Source: Enoplolaimus lenunculus
Taxonomy: Eukaryota
Direction of reading: 5' to 3'
Length of the DNA: 64,000 nucleotides
NCBI GenBank assembly: GCA_030248215.1
Contig: JASANG010002365.1
Coordinates: 310,001 to 374,000, forward strand
Shown: one piece after another, positions 1 to 15,200 of the stretch
Numbering within the stretch: the first letter of the stretch is position 1
Layout: each line of letters starts with the position of its first letter
The notes under the pieces: model-generated
What the model was told of the DNA's origin: nothing
What the model saw: only the letters and a program-made list of their open reading frames with translations
The model's database searches: none
Made by a program: the position numbers and the translations under genes

Positions 1-49
1 TGCTTGTTACCATTATTATTATTATTACTATTAGCATTATAATTATAGT

Positions 50-81
50 GGTGGTGGTGGGAGTGGTGGTGGTGGTGGTGA

Positions 82-121
<40 letters not shown>

Positions 122-150
122 GCTGCTGCTGTTATTGTTGTTTTTGCTGT
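50..150. repeat. (GGT)n/(GTT)n/(GCT)n microsatellite
   Basis: Visible trinucleotide runs in a tomosyn intron. Confidence 0.9.
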
Positions 151-285
151 TGAACAAAACCGGTTCCTATTTTATTCTATTTTGACTTTCTTCGTCACTC
201 TTCCCCCGCCGACTGATGCATCAGATATCTCGGCAGAGAACAATGCTGACCAGATTAATATGCAACATACACACATAATATGTAC

Positions 286-3200
286 CTGGTCACACGTTCC
301 TCGACTTTCAGCCGAACGACTTTTGAGATCCCATAGCACAACGGTTCCGTTTTCAAATCCAATTAAAAGCTAAAAAAGCAAAATATAAAATTTTTTTAAA
401 AAAAATGTTAAAACAAATTTCTCACCATTTTGTTCGAAATATACACTGATTCTTTACGGCCGAAGCTGGTTTTTAAATTCGCACAAAATTTGTCGCCATT
501 TGAAAATGATTTCTCTACTTCGTCAAGCCATATTATTCAGTTTTAAGTAACTCTAATGCAGTTGTTCTTGTTAGTTGTTACCGTAGTCGATGTTTAATTT
601 TAAGTACTCGAAACGAGATGAGTTTTTAACAATTTCCTTAACTAATTTAGATAATTTAAACTATTAAACAAATTTACAAGTCATGTTTCGTATAGATTTC
701 CGTACAATACATATTTGATTAGCGCGTTTTGGCTTCAGTTTGTGGACCTACCCAAACTCAAAAATCGAGTCAACAAACAACTGGGAACCGAGACCGCGAG
801 TTCCATACCTGAACATAAGTTCGCCAAAAGTTAGCCATACGAATTAAGTTTTTCGATTTAAACTTGAAAATAACATAAAACACACAAGCAAGAAAACATA
901 AAAAGCAAATAATATGATTTTGTACCTTAGCTTCGTCCACAGGACTATCGCTTAAGTGAACAACTGCACCAGGTCGGCTTTTTTGCGCTCTGAAACATAA
1001 AAAACGTTTAATAATAAAAAATTAAAATAATATACTTCAATCCAACAACCTAAGAACACAACAATAATGTAAGTAACAAATTACGAAAAAACTTCGTTTT
1101 CAATTTTACTATTTAAAATCTTAAACACACAAGCGCTTTGTTTTAACTCAAACCCACGACCAACCAAAAAACTGTTTATTTGTGTCGTATAAACTAGAGT
1201 TTAGCGTTGAAATAATTAGAATTTAATTAACAGGACTGTCAAATTTCATTTTAACATATATTTAAAATCAAAACAACGCCCGCAATACGTCAACTATTCT
1301 AAAAGTAAATATATTTTAAATAAATTATATAATTAATCTTTTGCCAGCCTGACTTACATGCCAACCGCTTTGTTCCAATTGATAACGTAACCCGATACGG
1401 TGAAATCTTCAATATTAACAAAATGTATGTTGCCACGATCGGTACCAACGTAAAGCCATTTACTGCGAAGCGGAAGATGACAACAGGTTATACTAAAATT
1501 AAATAAAATGAAATATTTTTCTGTTTTCATATCCCAAACTACTCAACGATACGCGTCTATAGACCATAATACAAATGTATTCGACTCAAATCACATATCC
1601 TCAAGCTTCAACATTGTGACACCCTTGACATACCATCGAAACCTTAACTTGTATTAGCGAAACAAAACATCTTGTAATCCTCAGAATAGACTCCAGTGAA
1701 ATATATCGTTAAATAGTAGGGTTCCAATAGCAAATATGTTTTCCCGGAACAGAAACATGAACAGGAATTGAATTTGTTTGCAGGAACCGCAACAAGAACA
1801 GGAACCGGAATTTGAAACTGTTGGATTTTACAAAACTTGCCAGCAAGCGGCTTAAAAGAATTTTCCCGCTATTTCATCATCAACTTTTGCGAAAACATAT
1901 CAGGAACAGTTTAGTAACAAAATTGAATTTATTGCAAAAACATTAATTTCGACATAAAAATGTTTCAAAAGACAAGTTTCCAACATTTAAATATTATTTC
2001 GGTTCCTGCATCTTTGTAGTTTATCTGCTATTTCATCATCAAGTTTTGCGAAAACAGAACAGAAACAGTTTATTACAGAATTGAAGAATAACTTTTTAAA
2101 GACAAAGTTTCCAATATTCAACTGATTAACCATAATTTGCCGCAAAACCGTAATTATTTCGGTTCCTGCATCTTCGAATGCAGGAACAGGAAACAGGAAC
2201 AGGAATTAAATTTTTGCACGAATTCCGGCCGGAACTGGAATTTCAGTTGCAACCTAGTAAATAGATAAACAACGGCCATTTGAACATACCGGCTACTTAA
2301 ATAATAACAAAAATAGCCGCTCGTGTAGACAAAACTCAGATTGCCCACTGTAACGTCCTGCACCCTTATGTTCACTATCATTCACCCGTGTGTCGCACCG
2401 TACATATTTGCTTACACACCATCCGAACCAATTTTCCTTCGTCAATGCCGCTTGCCTGTCCCCTAAACTACCACCCACGTCCGTCAATTTCCGCTTCAGC
2501 AAAGTTCTGGCCCCAAATAAAACCGCACCTATTTTAATATAAACCCGACCCGAAGCTTAATTTGGTTTGCAATTTACTTGAGCATAACAGCGGAAATCAT
2601 TGCAACCTACGCATCAAACTTGAAAGGCTTACAATATTATACACTGACAGAGACCAAACCGACAACAGACTACACAACAGTGCTATAAAACTATCGGTTG
2701 TTTTGCCCTGAAACCAATATATTAGACAAGCTTTGGGTTCATGTTACCTTGACGTGCATTAGACAATAAATTTTCTACTTACACGCTGCCTCACGCTTAG
2801 TCCTAGGCTTACCTTATTGGCAAATTACTATTATTATTATTATTATTTTTATTATTATGCTTTTTCTTAAGCGTAGGCTTGGCGAATAAGCTTATACCAC
2901 ATTTACGCCCCTCAAAGTAACATTGTCCAAAACTGAGATACCGACAATTCAAGCAATTTATTTTAATGGATCGCTAATTTGAAAACTGCTACCTTATTTT
3001 CAGTCATCACTGAGTTCCGTAACAACAACAAGAACAACAAGAACAACACCAGCACCAAACTATGAATACAATTTTGACTTAAGTACTAACCTCTCTCGTT
3101 GGAACTGCAAACTATGCACAACTTGTGGCTTCTTTTGGCGAAAATTCCACAAATCAATGCTATTGTCGTCGCATGCCGATATGAGAGCACCCTAAAATTA

Positions 3201-6200
3201 TGCAAATCTATTTCAACATCGGCGTAGCCGCCAGCGCCAGAAGTTCGTTTCACGAAACTACAACTGCAACAACGAACACAAAGTGTAAACGAGTGCAGCA
3301 GCCAGCGTGAAAAATTTCCGGCATTAATTTTAAAAATAAATACAGTTTTTCGAGTTTTATGTTTCCAATATTTTTTTGCAACGTTTAGGTTAGCGCTAGA
3401 CTTTTGACGACGTCCGGCTATTGCTTCTTCATTATTCTATTTTAAACGTACACTAACCAGTCAAGGCATCCTACAAAATAGGCTTCCAATCCGGAAGTAA
3501 ATTTTGTCCGAAGCGGAATCGGAATCAAATTTTTTTTGTCGGAACCGGACCCGGAATCGGAATTTAAGTTTTGGTAATTTATATCAAAAACTAAAGTGTA
3601 TGACTTTTGACGTTTTGTTGCAGTATGCCTGTAACACCATACAGCTCTTCCTAACTCCAGCGCAGACCTTTCAGTCAACTCAACACTTGATGCTATACAT
3701 GCATACATACGTAATATATATACTATATATGTACGTAATACAATATGTATATATATCATCCTCCAGCTATACATATATACCTATTCCCTAATAGCAATTA
3801 CACTGCTTAGCAACCCTTTATCGCTCCATCAAGATAGCAAACCGCAAATGAACCTAATTTTAACTCGAAACTTTAATGAAGTTCGTTGCTCGCGGTCTGT
3901 AGTTGATTGGTTTTCGCGTTTTTATTCCATTGATGATCTTTGGCAAGCATATTAACCATCAGTGTACCGTACACCACAACACAACCAAATCAATACAGTC
4001 TTGTAGTAACGATAAATGTGTGGTTTCTATAGACAGATAGAACAGTTGCCGACCCGTAACCAGCTTAATATTATCACAGAAACCAGGGTGAACTAGGTAC
4101 ATCTGAGCGCCGAATCACGAACCGGAATTCAGTTTTGTACCACCGGTACCACAACAGGAACCGGAATTGCAAAAAATGTAACTGCACAAAATTACTGTTA
4201 ATTGAGTATATATAAATATATAAATATATATATATATATATAAATATATATAATAGCATAATTTGCAATTTCATCATACACTTTTAAAAGCTAATGAGCC
4301 GAATATTAATTTAAAATTAAATAATTTTATAGTCAAAACTAGTCCGGAAAAGACTATTTCGGAGACTGTCAATTTGACTCACCATTTTTTGCAGTACAAA
4401 CTTCCCCTGCGTAAGTTGAAAAACAAAACTGTCTTAAATTGTCATTTTTCAAAATGTTAGTTTTATTTTGAAGCTGATAAAATTAAATTCATAATTTACT
4501 ATGAAATGTAAAAATTCCGTTTTCCTACGACGGGTCCGGCTGCCGGACCACATATAGATTTTTGACCGAATTCCAACAGGAACACACGTTCCACTGAAAC
4601 TCTGAAAGCTGCTTCAAAACTTTGGTGAAGCATACACGGGGTACGCACACGGTTTACACCCACCACCCACCTAAACATTTTTGGAAAAATATTTCTATCA
4701 CCAAGAAACGATGTGGTCCTAATATCATTACAACGGCTTTTTAAAGTTGAATACGTTAAACCAATAAACATTTTGCTGCGATTACATTTCCGTGCAAATT
4801 AACAAGCATAAATTTTCCAAACTTAAGTACAATGAATAAATTAAAGGCAACAGTTACACAGTTTGCAGCCCTATGCACACGTGCGAGTTTTTGCTTCGAG
4901 AACTTGCAGCTACAACTTGCACTTGCAAGTTTTGTCCAAAATCCCGTTCGAAAAACTTGCAGCTGAAACTAAATTCATTAAAAGTCATAGCTATGGATTT
5001 AGTTCACATGTGTGAATAATCATGCAAATTCAATAAATTTATTGCAGCCGCTTTCTTATTGGCTGATGAAAAAATGCAAGTTCTGCGTGCAATTTGCAGC
5101 TGCAACTTCTCGCAGCAAAAACTTGCACGTGTGAATAGGGCTTAACTGTTTGCAAAAGTATACTTTTGCGCGACGCAAACATATACTTTCAAAAGTGCAC
5201 AGATTTACATTCTATACCCGTGTAACATCCGGTTACAATCAATCAAAAACGCCACTACCGGTTCCGGTATCCGTAATATCCGCCACGCTGTAATTATGTC
5301 CACGTCATGCATAAACGTCATTTGCATTTTCAAAACGTCATAAGTAATTTAAATAATACCAATCTTTTATAAAAATACAGATTCTACTGATAATTCAACC
5401 TGTCTGTAGCATGGTGCAACCGAAATTCCGATTCCGATTAGAATTCCTATTCAAAACGAGTTCCGATTCCGATTCCGGTATAACTCAGTTCCGCGTTGCA
5501 CCTGGTCTGTATGCATCACAGCAAACCTGCCAAGCCAGCAGATGCACAATTATTATTCGCTCATTACATGCAACGATCGCAATTATCCAGCAATATAAAC
5601 ATACAAACAAACTTACCTTACGTATATCTCAAATTACGACACTAAAGGCTTTGAAAATAATAATCAAAAGACATACACCGAAGATATAATAAATAATTAT
5701 GTCTCACGAGCATTGCGAATTCATATTTTTTTCTACTTACTACATATCAAAGTTAAGCAAGCACATTTAAATGCTACAACCAAAGACGGGTCTGATTTTA
5801 GTAGTTTTGACGTTTGTACGCATACTTTCACCCCAGGGTACGATCGGATACTAATTTATACCGGATACTGAAATTGGAGCGGATACTAATTTATACCGGA
5901 TACTGAAATTGGAGCCGGATATTGATGTTGTATTGGAATATGAACCGGATATATCATTTTAATTGGTGGAGCTTGAAATATTTGACCAGCGCAAAAGTGC
6001 GTATATGTTCATTGAACTAAAAGTAATTGTTAGCTTGTCGAATACCGGATACAGATGTCGATTTTTTGCTGGCTAATAAACCGTATCCGGATATCCGATT
6101 GCAAATAAGATATAACATTGAATGTTAACTTGGAGACCATGAGTGGTAGGAACTAAATTTTGCCGGAACAAAAATCAGTTTTTGTGCCGGAACAGGAACC

Positions 6201-9200
6201 GGAATTCAAAAACAACTATCAACAAAAAATTACTGTTTTTATTTTTTGCTAAACCCCTCAAAAACTGTGTCTTGAGCGAATTTTTTTGACGATTTCTTAT
6301 TCGTTTTCATTAGTCTTACAAAATCACTCAGTGAATATTTCAATTTAACAATATATTACACTAAACTGAACGAGATATGACGCATAAAGTTCGTCTTATT
6401 GTTTGACAGCCCGTCAACCAGCTTAACGTTTTTCAAAATTGAAGTCAAATTAAAAATCCAAGCTGAGAATATGCCTTTAAAGCAGTAAACACATGCTGTT
6501 GCACGACTGTTAAGCAACGTATGTACGTACCAACAGTACACCAATTTAGATGTTCTATCCGGTTTAACATCTGGTTCCGGTAAAAAATATTTTCGGTCTC
6601 CGGTAATATTAACATCCGGTTAATCCCTGATATATTTATGTTTATATAGTATATATACTTATATATACATATATATCAGGGTGCAACGGGAATTCCGGTT
6701 CCGGTTCCGGCATTTTTTCACCTTCCGGTTCCGATTCCGGTAAATTTTTACCGGATTTAAAAATTCCGGTATTATAATTTGGCCGTTTTCTTAACTTTGC
6801 TAATTTTTAAGAATCTCTTTTGAAAGCCAATTGTACTCCAAATATAAGCCATTGATGGTGGATTTCACTTCAGTCGATGATGAAAATCTAAAATACAACA
6901 AATAAAATAAATACCTATGTTCGACTAAGGTTATTTCACAAATAATAGAGCAAAAAAATACGATTAAAATGAAATTTTTGGTGAAATGCGTTTTTCACTT
7001 TCCGGTTCCGGTATAATTTTCAAATTCCGGTTCCGGTTCCGGTAAATTGTAATTCCGGTTGCACCCTGATACATATATATCAGGGTGCAACGGGAATTCC
7101 GGATCCGGCAATTTAGGGTGCAACGGGAATTCCGGATCCGGCAATTTATGACCTTCCGGTTCCGGTAAATTTTTACCGGCAATGAAAAATTCCGGTATTA
7201 CAGTTTGTTTTATTCGGAAATTAAGATATTCTACTAAAAATGACGGTAAAAATTAAGTAGATTTCATTCGTATAGTATATAAACTCTTGACAATCACCGA
7301 AAATAAACCATCGAATATAGATTGCGCTTCCGTGGATTGTGGAAATCTAAAATACACCAGATAAATTGAATACCTATCTTCAACTAGGGTTGTTTCACCA
7401 ATAATATTGCAAAAAAAGAAAATTTAAATCACCAATAATATTGCAAAAAAAGAAAATTTAAATGAATTTTTCGGTGGCATATATTTTTCATTTTCCGGTT
7501 TCGTTTCCGAAAATTTTTTTCAAATCCCGGTTCCGTTATAGATTGCAATTCCGGTTGCACCCTGATATATATATCTATATATATCTATATATATGTGTGT
7601 GTATGTTTGCGTTTGTCTGTTTTTTCAGTTCTTCGAAAACATTTCACTTGTCAATCACCGGTTGCGCTTGCCTTGCGTTGTGTCATTATAAGTTGACAGT
7701 GACAGAATTGAAAATTAAATTCAAAGTTTGAATTTTAGTTGTATAATGTTACATACACAAACATTACGCGATTCTTCACAGGCGGATAAAAAGCGCTACA
7801 TTTAGCACGCACTCTCAATAAAAGTATTTAAAAAATGAAGAAATCAGCTCATGTTACCGGAACCGGATAGTGAATTTTTCCTACCGGAACCACATTTTAA
7901 CCGGATATAACATCTAAATCTGCGCGTCCTATTTAACGTTTACTGATTTACAATTAATTATTCGCTTGGTTTTTATATTTTAATACTTCAGCGCGCAAAA
8001 ACGCGTTCTTTTTTGCTTGCCCGAAAACACAATCTCAGCGAAAAATGTACAAATGTTAAATATGTACGCTGCTACAACGTCATTTTACGTCATAATCGGG
8101 ACCGCGACACTAAATATCCAGTATCCGGTAGATTTCAACCGGATACCAAGAACCGAAAACGAATATCAGTTCTTACCGGACATTAAACCAGAACCGGACA
8201 TTATGGTCGTTCCCTGCGCTTTGCTTCATACATTGCAGCGGTAATCTAACAGCATGTACGCCAGAAACCTAACAGGAACTAATTTGCGTTTTCATTACCC
8301 AGGTTGCCAAATTTTGCAAATACATGCGTGAAATATACGTACTTTTAAATACAAAAAATATGTAAACACAAGTTGTAAAAAGATGCTGACATTCAGTCAA
8401 ATGTTCGAGACGTAAATTTTTTATCATTCATTTTGTTTTTCGTAATTTTTGTCGAGATGCTGTTGGGGGGCCACGGCCGGGGTGGGCCCCCCATGGATCC
8501 GCCATTGAATGTAAATGATTCTTTCTACAATGTATATATATTACATAATGACTAACTACTAAGCTAAACCTGGAGTTTCATTATTACCATTCACTGTGTT
8601 GTGCTCGCCCGCTTCGCTTGCTACTGCTTTCACATTTCATACAACTAAAACACACCATTAAACCATCTGCGCAGCGTTGCCAACCGCATCCAAGAGCCAG
8701 GACAAAACGCTACCGTAGTCACTGGTGTAGCCACAAAAAATAATTCGACAAGGCAAAAAAGGGGGGTACGCACGCACCACCGGCTACAATATATTTTCGA
8801 AAACGATCATACAACCAAGTTATTGCTGAAATTGTTGTCATGGACAGTGGCGGCGGATCCACGAATTTGTGACCGGACGCGGGGCGGCGTGGCAAATGTT
8901 ATCAAACACAAAAATTGTAACATCGGGGGACCGTTATCATTTTATCATATAAAATTTTCTGAGGTGAAAATATTGTAAGGTAGGGACCTTATCATTTTAT
9001 CACAAAAACATTCTGATACGGAGCGCGCGCCCCCGCTCCTCCTCTCGATCCACTAGTGGTCATGGGGACCGTTACCTTAATAATTTCAAAAAACAATTCC
9101 AAAAGGAGGGGATCGTAATGACCCCCATTCCCCCCTGAGTGTACAAGTCGTCATCATTAATGTGCATATATACTAAAACTGTTTTGGCGTCGTCGTAGAC

Positions 9201-12200
9201 CCTATCATACACATACATTCACATGGATATAGTACGTAGATCCAAAAACAAACAACTACAAACACCATAAAACGTGTCATTGATGCACATTATTAAAGTG
9301 AACGCTGAACCAAAAATTATACGTACAACCAGCGTATCGTCTATAATAAACATTATTCACTATATTCCAGCAATGGTTCGAATATTTCGTTCCGCTTTCG
9401 GTTTCATTTTACTCATCTCAGCATGTAAACCAATCGCAACTACCAATTTTATTAATACAATTTTGTTTTATTTCGAAACAAAAATCAAGTGTTAATGGTT
9501 GAAAAAACACACATCTATATATTACAGCTGGAATGCCCCACATATGGATTTTGGTCAACTTTCCAGCATTAATTTGTTTACAATATGTATTATTTTTAAG
9601 AACAGAAACCTGATTGTTGTCTGAAAACAAAATTTGCATACAGATTGTTGTGTGCTCGCTAACTTTTGCGCATTGGCTCACTAGTATACATTTAAAGCTA
9701 TAATGGCGCACATACGTATTTTGTGCAACGTTCCAGCATTAGTTTATTTATAACATTTTCTTAGAACACAAAAGTAATCGTTGTGTGAAAAGAAAATTTG
9801 CATGCGAACATTCGCTAGCTTTGGCGCACTGCGCAAAGCCGGCTGACTATTATATACATTACAATTATATATGTATATATGTATATATATGTATATATAT
9901 GTAGATATATGTATATATATCTCTTCCGAATTTAAAAACCGTCACTTGCGCATTTCTCAATCAACTACCAATTCTGATGAACGGAGACTTCTTTATAAAT
10001 TCAATTCGGGTCCATTGGAACCTCATATGCGTTCCCACACCAAGTCGACTCCGTTGCCAACTACGTTACGCCACGAAAAATGTCAAAATTATCAACAAGT
10101 GGCCCCAAAAACCTTTTTGGAGCCCCGATGGAACCGTTGACCACCGGACTACAAAAGAATGCCAAAAAAATCAAAAGTCATACCCCAAATGAAAGGAAAT
10201 ACAAAGATATCTGTGAGGTTACCAGTCGTGAAATTTTCAATATTTTCCAATGTATTGTCCGATGAGCACTACATGACAGTACGTGGTGTTTCCGACCGGA
10301 ACTACTTTTCACAAGGAACCTCTACGACACCAGAATTACTTCCGATTGCGGTATAATTGACAATAAACAAAAATTAGCCGTTCGTCGACTGTTTTTGCGT
10401 TTTCGTTTGCGAATTTTTTTCCACAAATTCTTCAAAAAAGCACTAGTCACAAACTTGCCAACAAAGAAATTATTATGTTTCAACAAATATTTTGGGATGT
10501 AAATTTTCTTTCTCAGATTTTTACGCTTAATATTTTTGACAAATGGCAACAAAACCGTAACAATTCCGGTTACTCCCGTAACAATTCCGGTTACTCCCGT
10601 AACAATTCCGGTTACTCCCGTAACAATTCCGGTTACTCCCGTAACAATTTCGGTTACTCCCGTAACAATTCCGGTTACTCCCGTAACAATTCCGGTTACC
10701 GCGCGTAACAATTCCGGTTACTCCCGTAACAATTCCGGTTACTCCCGTAACAATTCCGGTTACCGCGCGTATTTGACCGCCGGACGGAAAACGGACTGAA
10801 TTTTTACACGAATTATGATGACCGGAACAGGTATTCCAGTATACATAAACGACACCTTATTACGATATGGTTTCAACTCTAAGTACCGAAATGACGTGAC
10901 CATGTTCCAAGCTCGACGCTAGCTCACCATACCACCACAGGGGGGGAGGGTCACAAACCAGATTTAGAAATGACACGCGCACAATTCACTCGACTTTATG
11001 TACAAGCGAGACGAAACCTTTTCTATGGGGTGTCTTATCTGTTTTCTACACAGGGGTCAAACGGGTTGAGGCCCTCTATAGCGCCTTCTACCTATAGGCC
11101 CCACCCAGTTCTCAAATACCATTACTCTCACCAAATAAATTAGAAAATCAAACACATGATTTATATACCAATGGCCAATCACATTGCTGAAATAATATTT
11201 TTTAAAAATACATTTTAGGCAAACTATTAATCTAACATAACCAACCGTGTCCGCGTATCATCTTATGATGCCCCACCATCGGTCCGTGTTTACTTTTCGC
11301 AACTGGCTTTATCTGCAGCATTACTGTTAGTCGGCAGGGTCGTCCTACCTTACCGACTTCGGCATATATCTCTCTAGCTTGCGAGCTGGTTTATATCAAC
11401 AAAACTTTTCAAAGTCGCCTTTACCGGGTACAAAAAACGGACCCTCGTGAGACTTGCGGCGGCCATATCTTAGCGTATGAACCACCGTCTAACGTCACAA
11501 GGGTTCGTGGCGAGAGAAAGGAACGGGGCCAGAATGATCCAGTTCCGTAAACCAACAATTTCACAGCCAATCTTGACCACAAGATTTCAACCCAACTTGT
11601 GTAAGTCGTATCAAATTTGCCCGCGTCGCGTCCGAAAATTGTTTTGAGCCCTCAAACAGGTTCAGTTGACTAATACACGCCACAGAGTCATCGATGTAAT
11701 ACACACATTCATAGCCCAAAATGAATACACTACTCACGTACGTAGTTTATGTCTGGTCCATAATATAATACCTACTGGTGAAATACCTAAAAAAAGTCAT
11801 ACCGTACCCCCAAACCCAAGCCAACTATAAACTAATGAACCAAACAAATAAAACTTTTTCCAATTACAATATATTATATATATGTATATATATATGTACG
11901 TATTATAATAAATAATCAGCCGACATCGCCATTATTAAACAGTTTTTTGACAACTAAGAAATACGAATATATAAATATATATAAATATATATAAATATAA
12001 ATAAGTAAAAAATAAATATATATAATATGTACATACATACATACATTTCCTTTCACTGATTGATTATTTCCAGCTTTGCAACTGATTTTCCAGTTTACGT
12101 ACAGCAAAGAAATCTACACACAACACGGTTGCCAGACAACTGGTCACCCGATATTTCGTTGCTCGACTGGTCGGTCGTCAACCCGATTACTTAAACCTTA

Positions 12201-15200
12201 ACCTAAACCTAAGCATAGTCGCTCGTCGAATTGTCGGCATCTTTTTTATGGTTATAATTTAAAACGTCTCACACATAACAATGGTTATTTTGATGTTTTG
12301 CAACACTGAATTCATTATAATATATCAAGACTGAAACGTAACTATCTTCTGTAGAAAATATTACGATAATTCGTCGCCCGACAACTCGTAGACAAAACCT
12401 GCAATCTGTTATCCGAATTGCGTTCGACTCGACCATTGGTCACCTATCATTTACACTTTGGCTTGGATTTAATATTTTGCTGTGGCTTAGGCAACTCTCA
12501 GCGCAGGAAACAAGCGATCCGGGCGACGAATTGTCGTAGATTCGTTGCACGAACCGAAACACAAACCAGAACCGGAATTTGAAAAAATTTCACCAACACC
12601 GACAAATTAATACTGGTCTACAACTATTTTGAAACGGCGTCTCAAAGATTGTCTTAAAAAGTGAATTTTCAACTATTTTATGATCAAATTTAGCGAATCC
12701 AAGTCAAAAGTATTCACTGTTTTTTAAAATGATTATTAGTAATTTGCCACAAAACGGAAAAAAGACACAGAAACACGAGCACGAACAGGAGAAACACGAA
12801 CACGAACACGAGAAACACGAACACGAACATGAGAAACACGAACACGAACAGGAGCTGAATTTTTGCAGGAATTTCGGCCAAACTTAAAACGAAACACTAC
12901 AAAATCAACTATAAAAATCTACGCAAAAGTTCACTTTTGCAAAAACACAAATATATATATATAAGTATGTATATATTTATATCTATACGTATATGCGTAT
13001 ATATAACACAAAAATGCTGTTAAATACCCATAACAATTACTCTCAAATTAGCACAGTGTCATTTACCCGTGGTCGGTCCAAAAAAGTCGTCAAAGTCTCG
13101 TTTTCACTACGTCATCCTCGCAAAATTAATACCTGATAATCAAAGCACGCAAATTCTGACTTTTTTGATTACCCTACCGCCACTGTTATATAACACTATG
13201 CTTATACCCACAGCCAGTCAAAAATCCCATATATATATACTTTAAACCATTAACGCCTAAACAGCTGTGTACCAGCCCGGCACCAGTAAGCATATATATA
13301 TATTTACTCACAAAAGGTGTCACATTCTAAACCTAACCACCGCCACCAATTCCATTCTTGGCTGCCAGTCAACAAAAACCAAAAACCTACTTTATCCCGA
13401 ATACGTATGTATATATCATTGCCTACATACACCGTTCATACCAGTATTCCATTGTTTTACCCTTTGGTACTCGACGGCTGTTTGCCCTTTTGATTCACAT
13501 TCACAAACCCAGTCCGGAATATATATATCGTCGGGCAATCACCACGCTGCACAAGTACGTATATATACAACACTGCAATCCCAACACGCTTCCACAAAAA
13601 AAAACAACACCAGCTAACAGTACTTAATGACAACAACAATAACAACAACAACAAAAACAATAACAACAACTACAACAACAACCACAACAACAACAACAAC
13701 AACAACAACAACGACACCAACAATACCAACAACAACACCAACAACAACAACACCAACAATACCAACAACAACAACAACAACACCAACAATACCAACAACA
13801 ACAACAACAACACACACCCACAATACCAACAACAACAACAACAACAATAACTACAACAACTACAACAACAACTACAACTACTACTACAACAACAACACCA
13901 ACAACAACAACACACACCAACAATACCAACAACAACAACAACAACACACACCAACAATACCAACAACAACAACAACAACAACAACTACAACAACAACAAC
14001 AACAACAACACCAACAACAACAACACACACCAACAATACCAACAACAACAACAACAACAATAACTACAACAACTACAACTACAACAACAACACCAACAAC
14101 AACAACAACACCAACAACAACAACAACACCAACAACAGCGACGACGACGACAAAAAACAATAAATCGATTTACCCATGTGTTTTCGCGCGAGTGTACACT
14201 GTACAAACATAAGACAATGGCCATAACTACACAACCCAAACAACCACACTGGATCCAACCTAAACGAGCTAAATCAAATTAGCGTTGAACTGAACAAAAA
14301 GGCACACAATTGAAACCCCTAAAATGTGACTCTGACAGTAAATATTGCCAATAATAACACATACACATATCATAACGAAATACAACATAAAAAATACAAA
14401 AATTCAAACACAAGATGATTTGCAACACCAATAATACAGCGAAGAAAAAAAGAAAATAAAAATGAATTTTTCGGTGGTATGTATTTTTAACTTTCCGATT
14501 CGATTTCGGGTATATTTTTAAAAATTTCCGGTTCCGGTAAATTTTAATTTCGGTGTAATTTCGGTTTCACACGAGATAAAATATATATATTCACAAAAAT
14601 TTTACAGTTATTGATGACTTGCAACACCAATAATACAGCTAATAAAAATAAAATTAAAACGAATTTTTCAGTGGTATATATTTTTAACTTTCCGGTTCGA
14701 TTTCGGGTACTTTTTTCAAATTTCCGGTTTCGCTAAATTGTAAATTTCGGTTGCACCCTAAGCTAAGATATATATTCACAAAATTTTTTTACAGCTATTT
14801 CGCTACTTTAAACCGATAACGTCCGAAAGTTTCAAAAACTTGAACGCATAAGGGTCAAAATTAAATCTCAAAGTTGCTCTTTATTTCGTTTACTGCGAAA
14901 AACAAATTATCAGTCATTATACGTTTAGAAACGCCTCGTAACACACATGAACTTATGGCTTTTAATCTAAAAATTATTCATATTTCGCTGGCGGTTTTTG
15001 AAGCATTGTTCACCGGTCAACAAAACGACCAGTAACAACGAACGCGTCGAGAGCAATGCCACCTCTACAAAGGATCGTTTTGGATGTGGGGCGGGGGGCG
15101 GCCGGTGAGGAAACCTTAGAGACGTTGCAACACATTTCCTAACTTAAATACCTTTCATCCCTGTCTAATAATTTTCTACTCGACAGGGTGCAAAAAATAT

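Noticed and set aside
2293..2502. Extra tomosyn exon in a GC-richer intronic patch
   Set aside because: The flanking exons already join in phase and collinearly with tomosyn; no recognisable similarity.
10322..10799. Repeat-protein ORFs or a CRISPR-like array
   Set aside because: Head-to-tail 21-bp units with no unique spacers, no cas genes and a eukaryotic intron context.
13614..14239. Mucin-like, poly-Val or poly-Cys ORFs
   Set aside because: All frames are open because of the (ACA)n microsatellite; no signal peptide or splice support.
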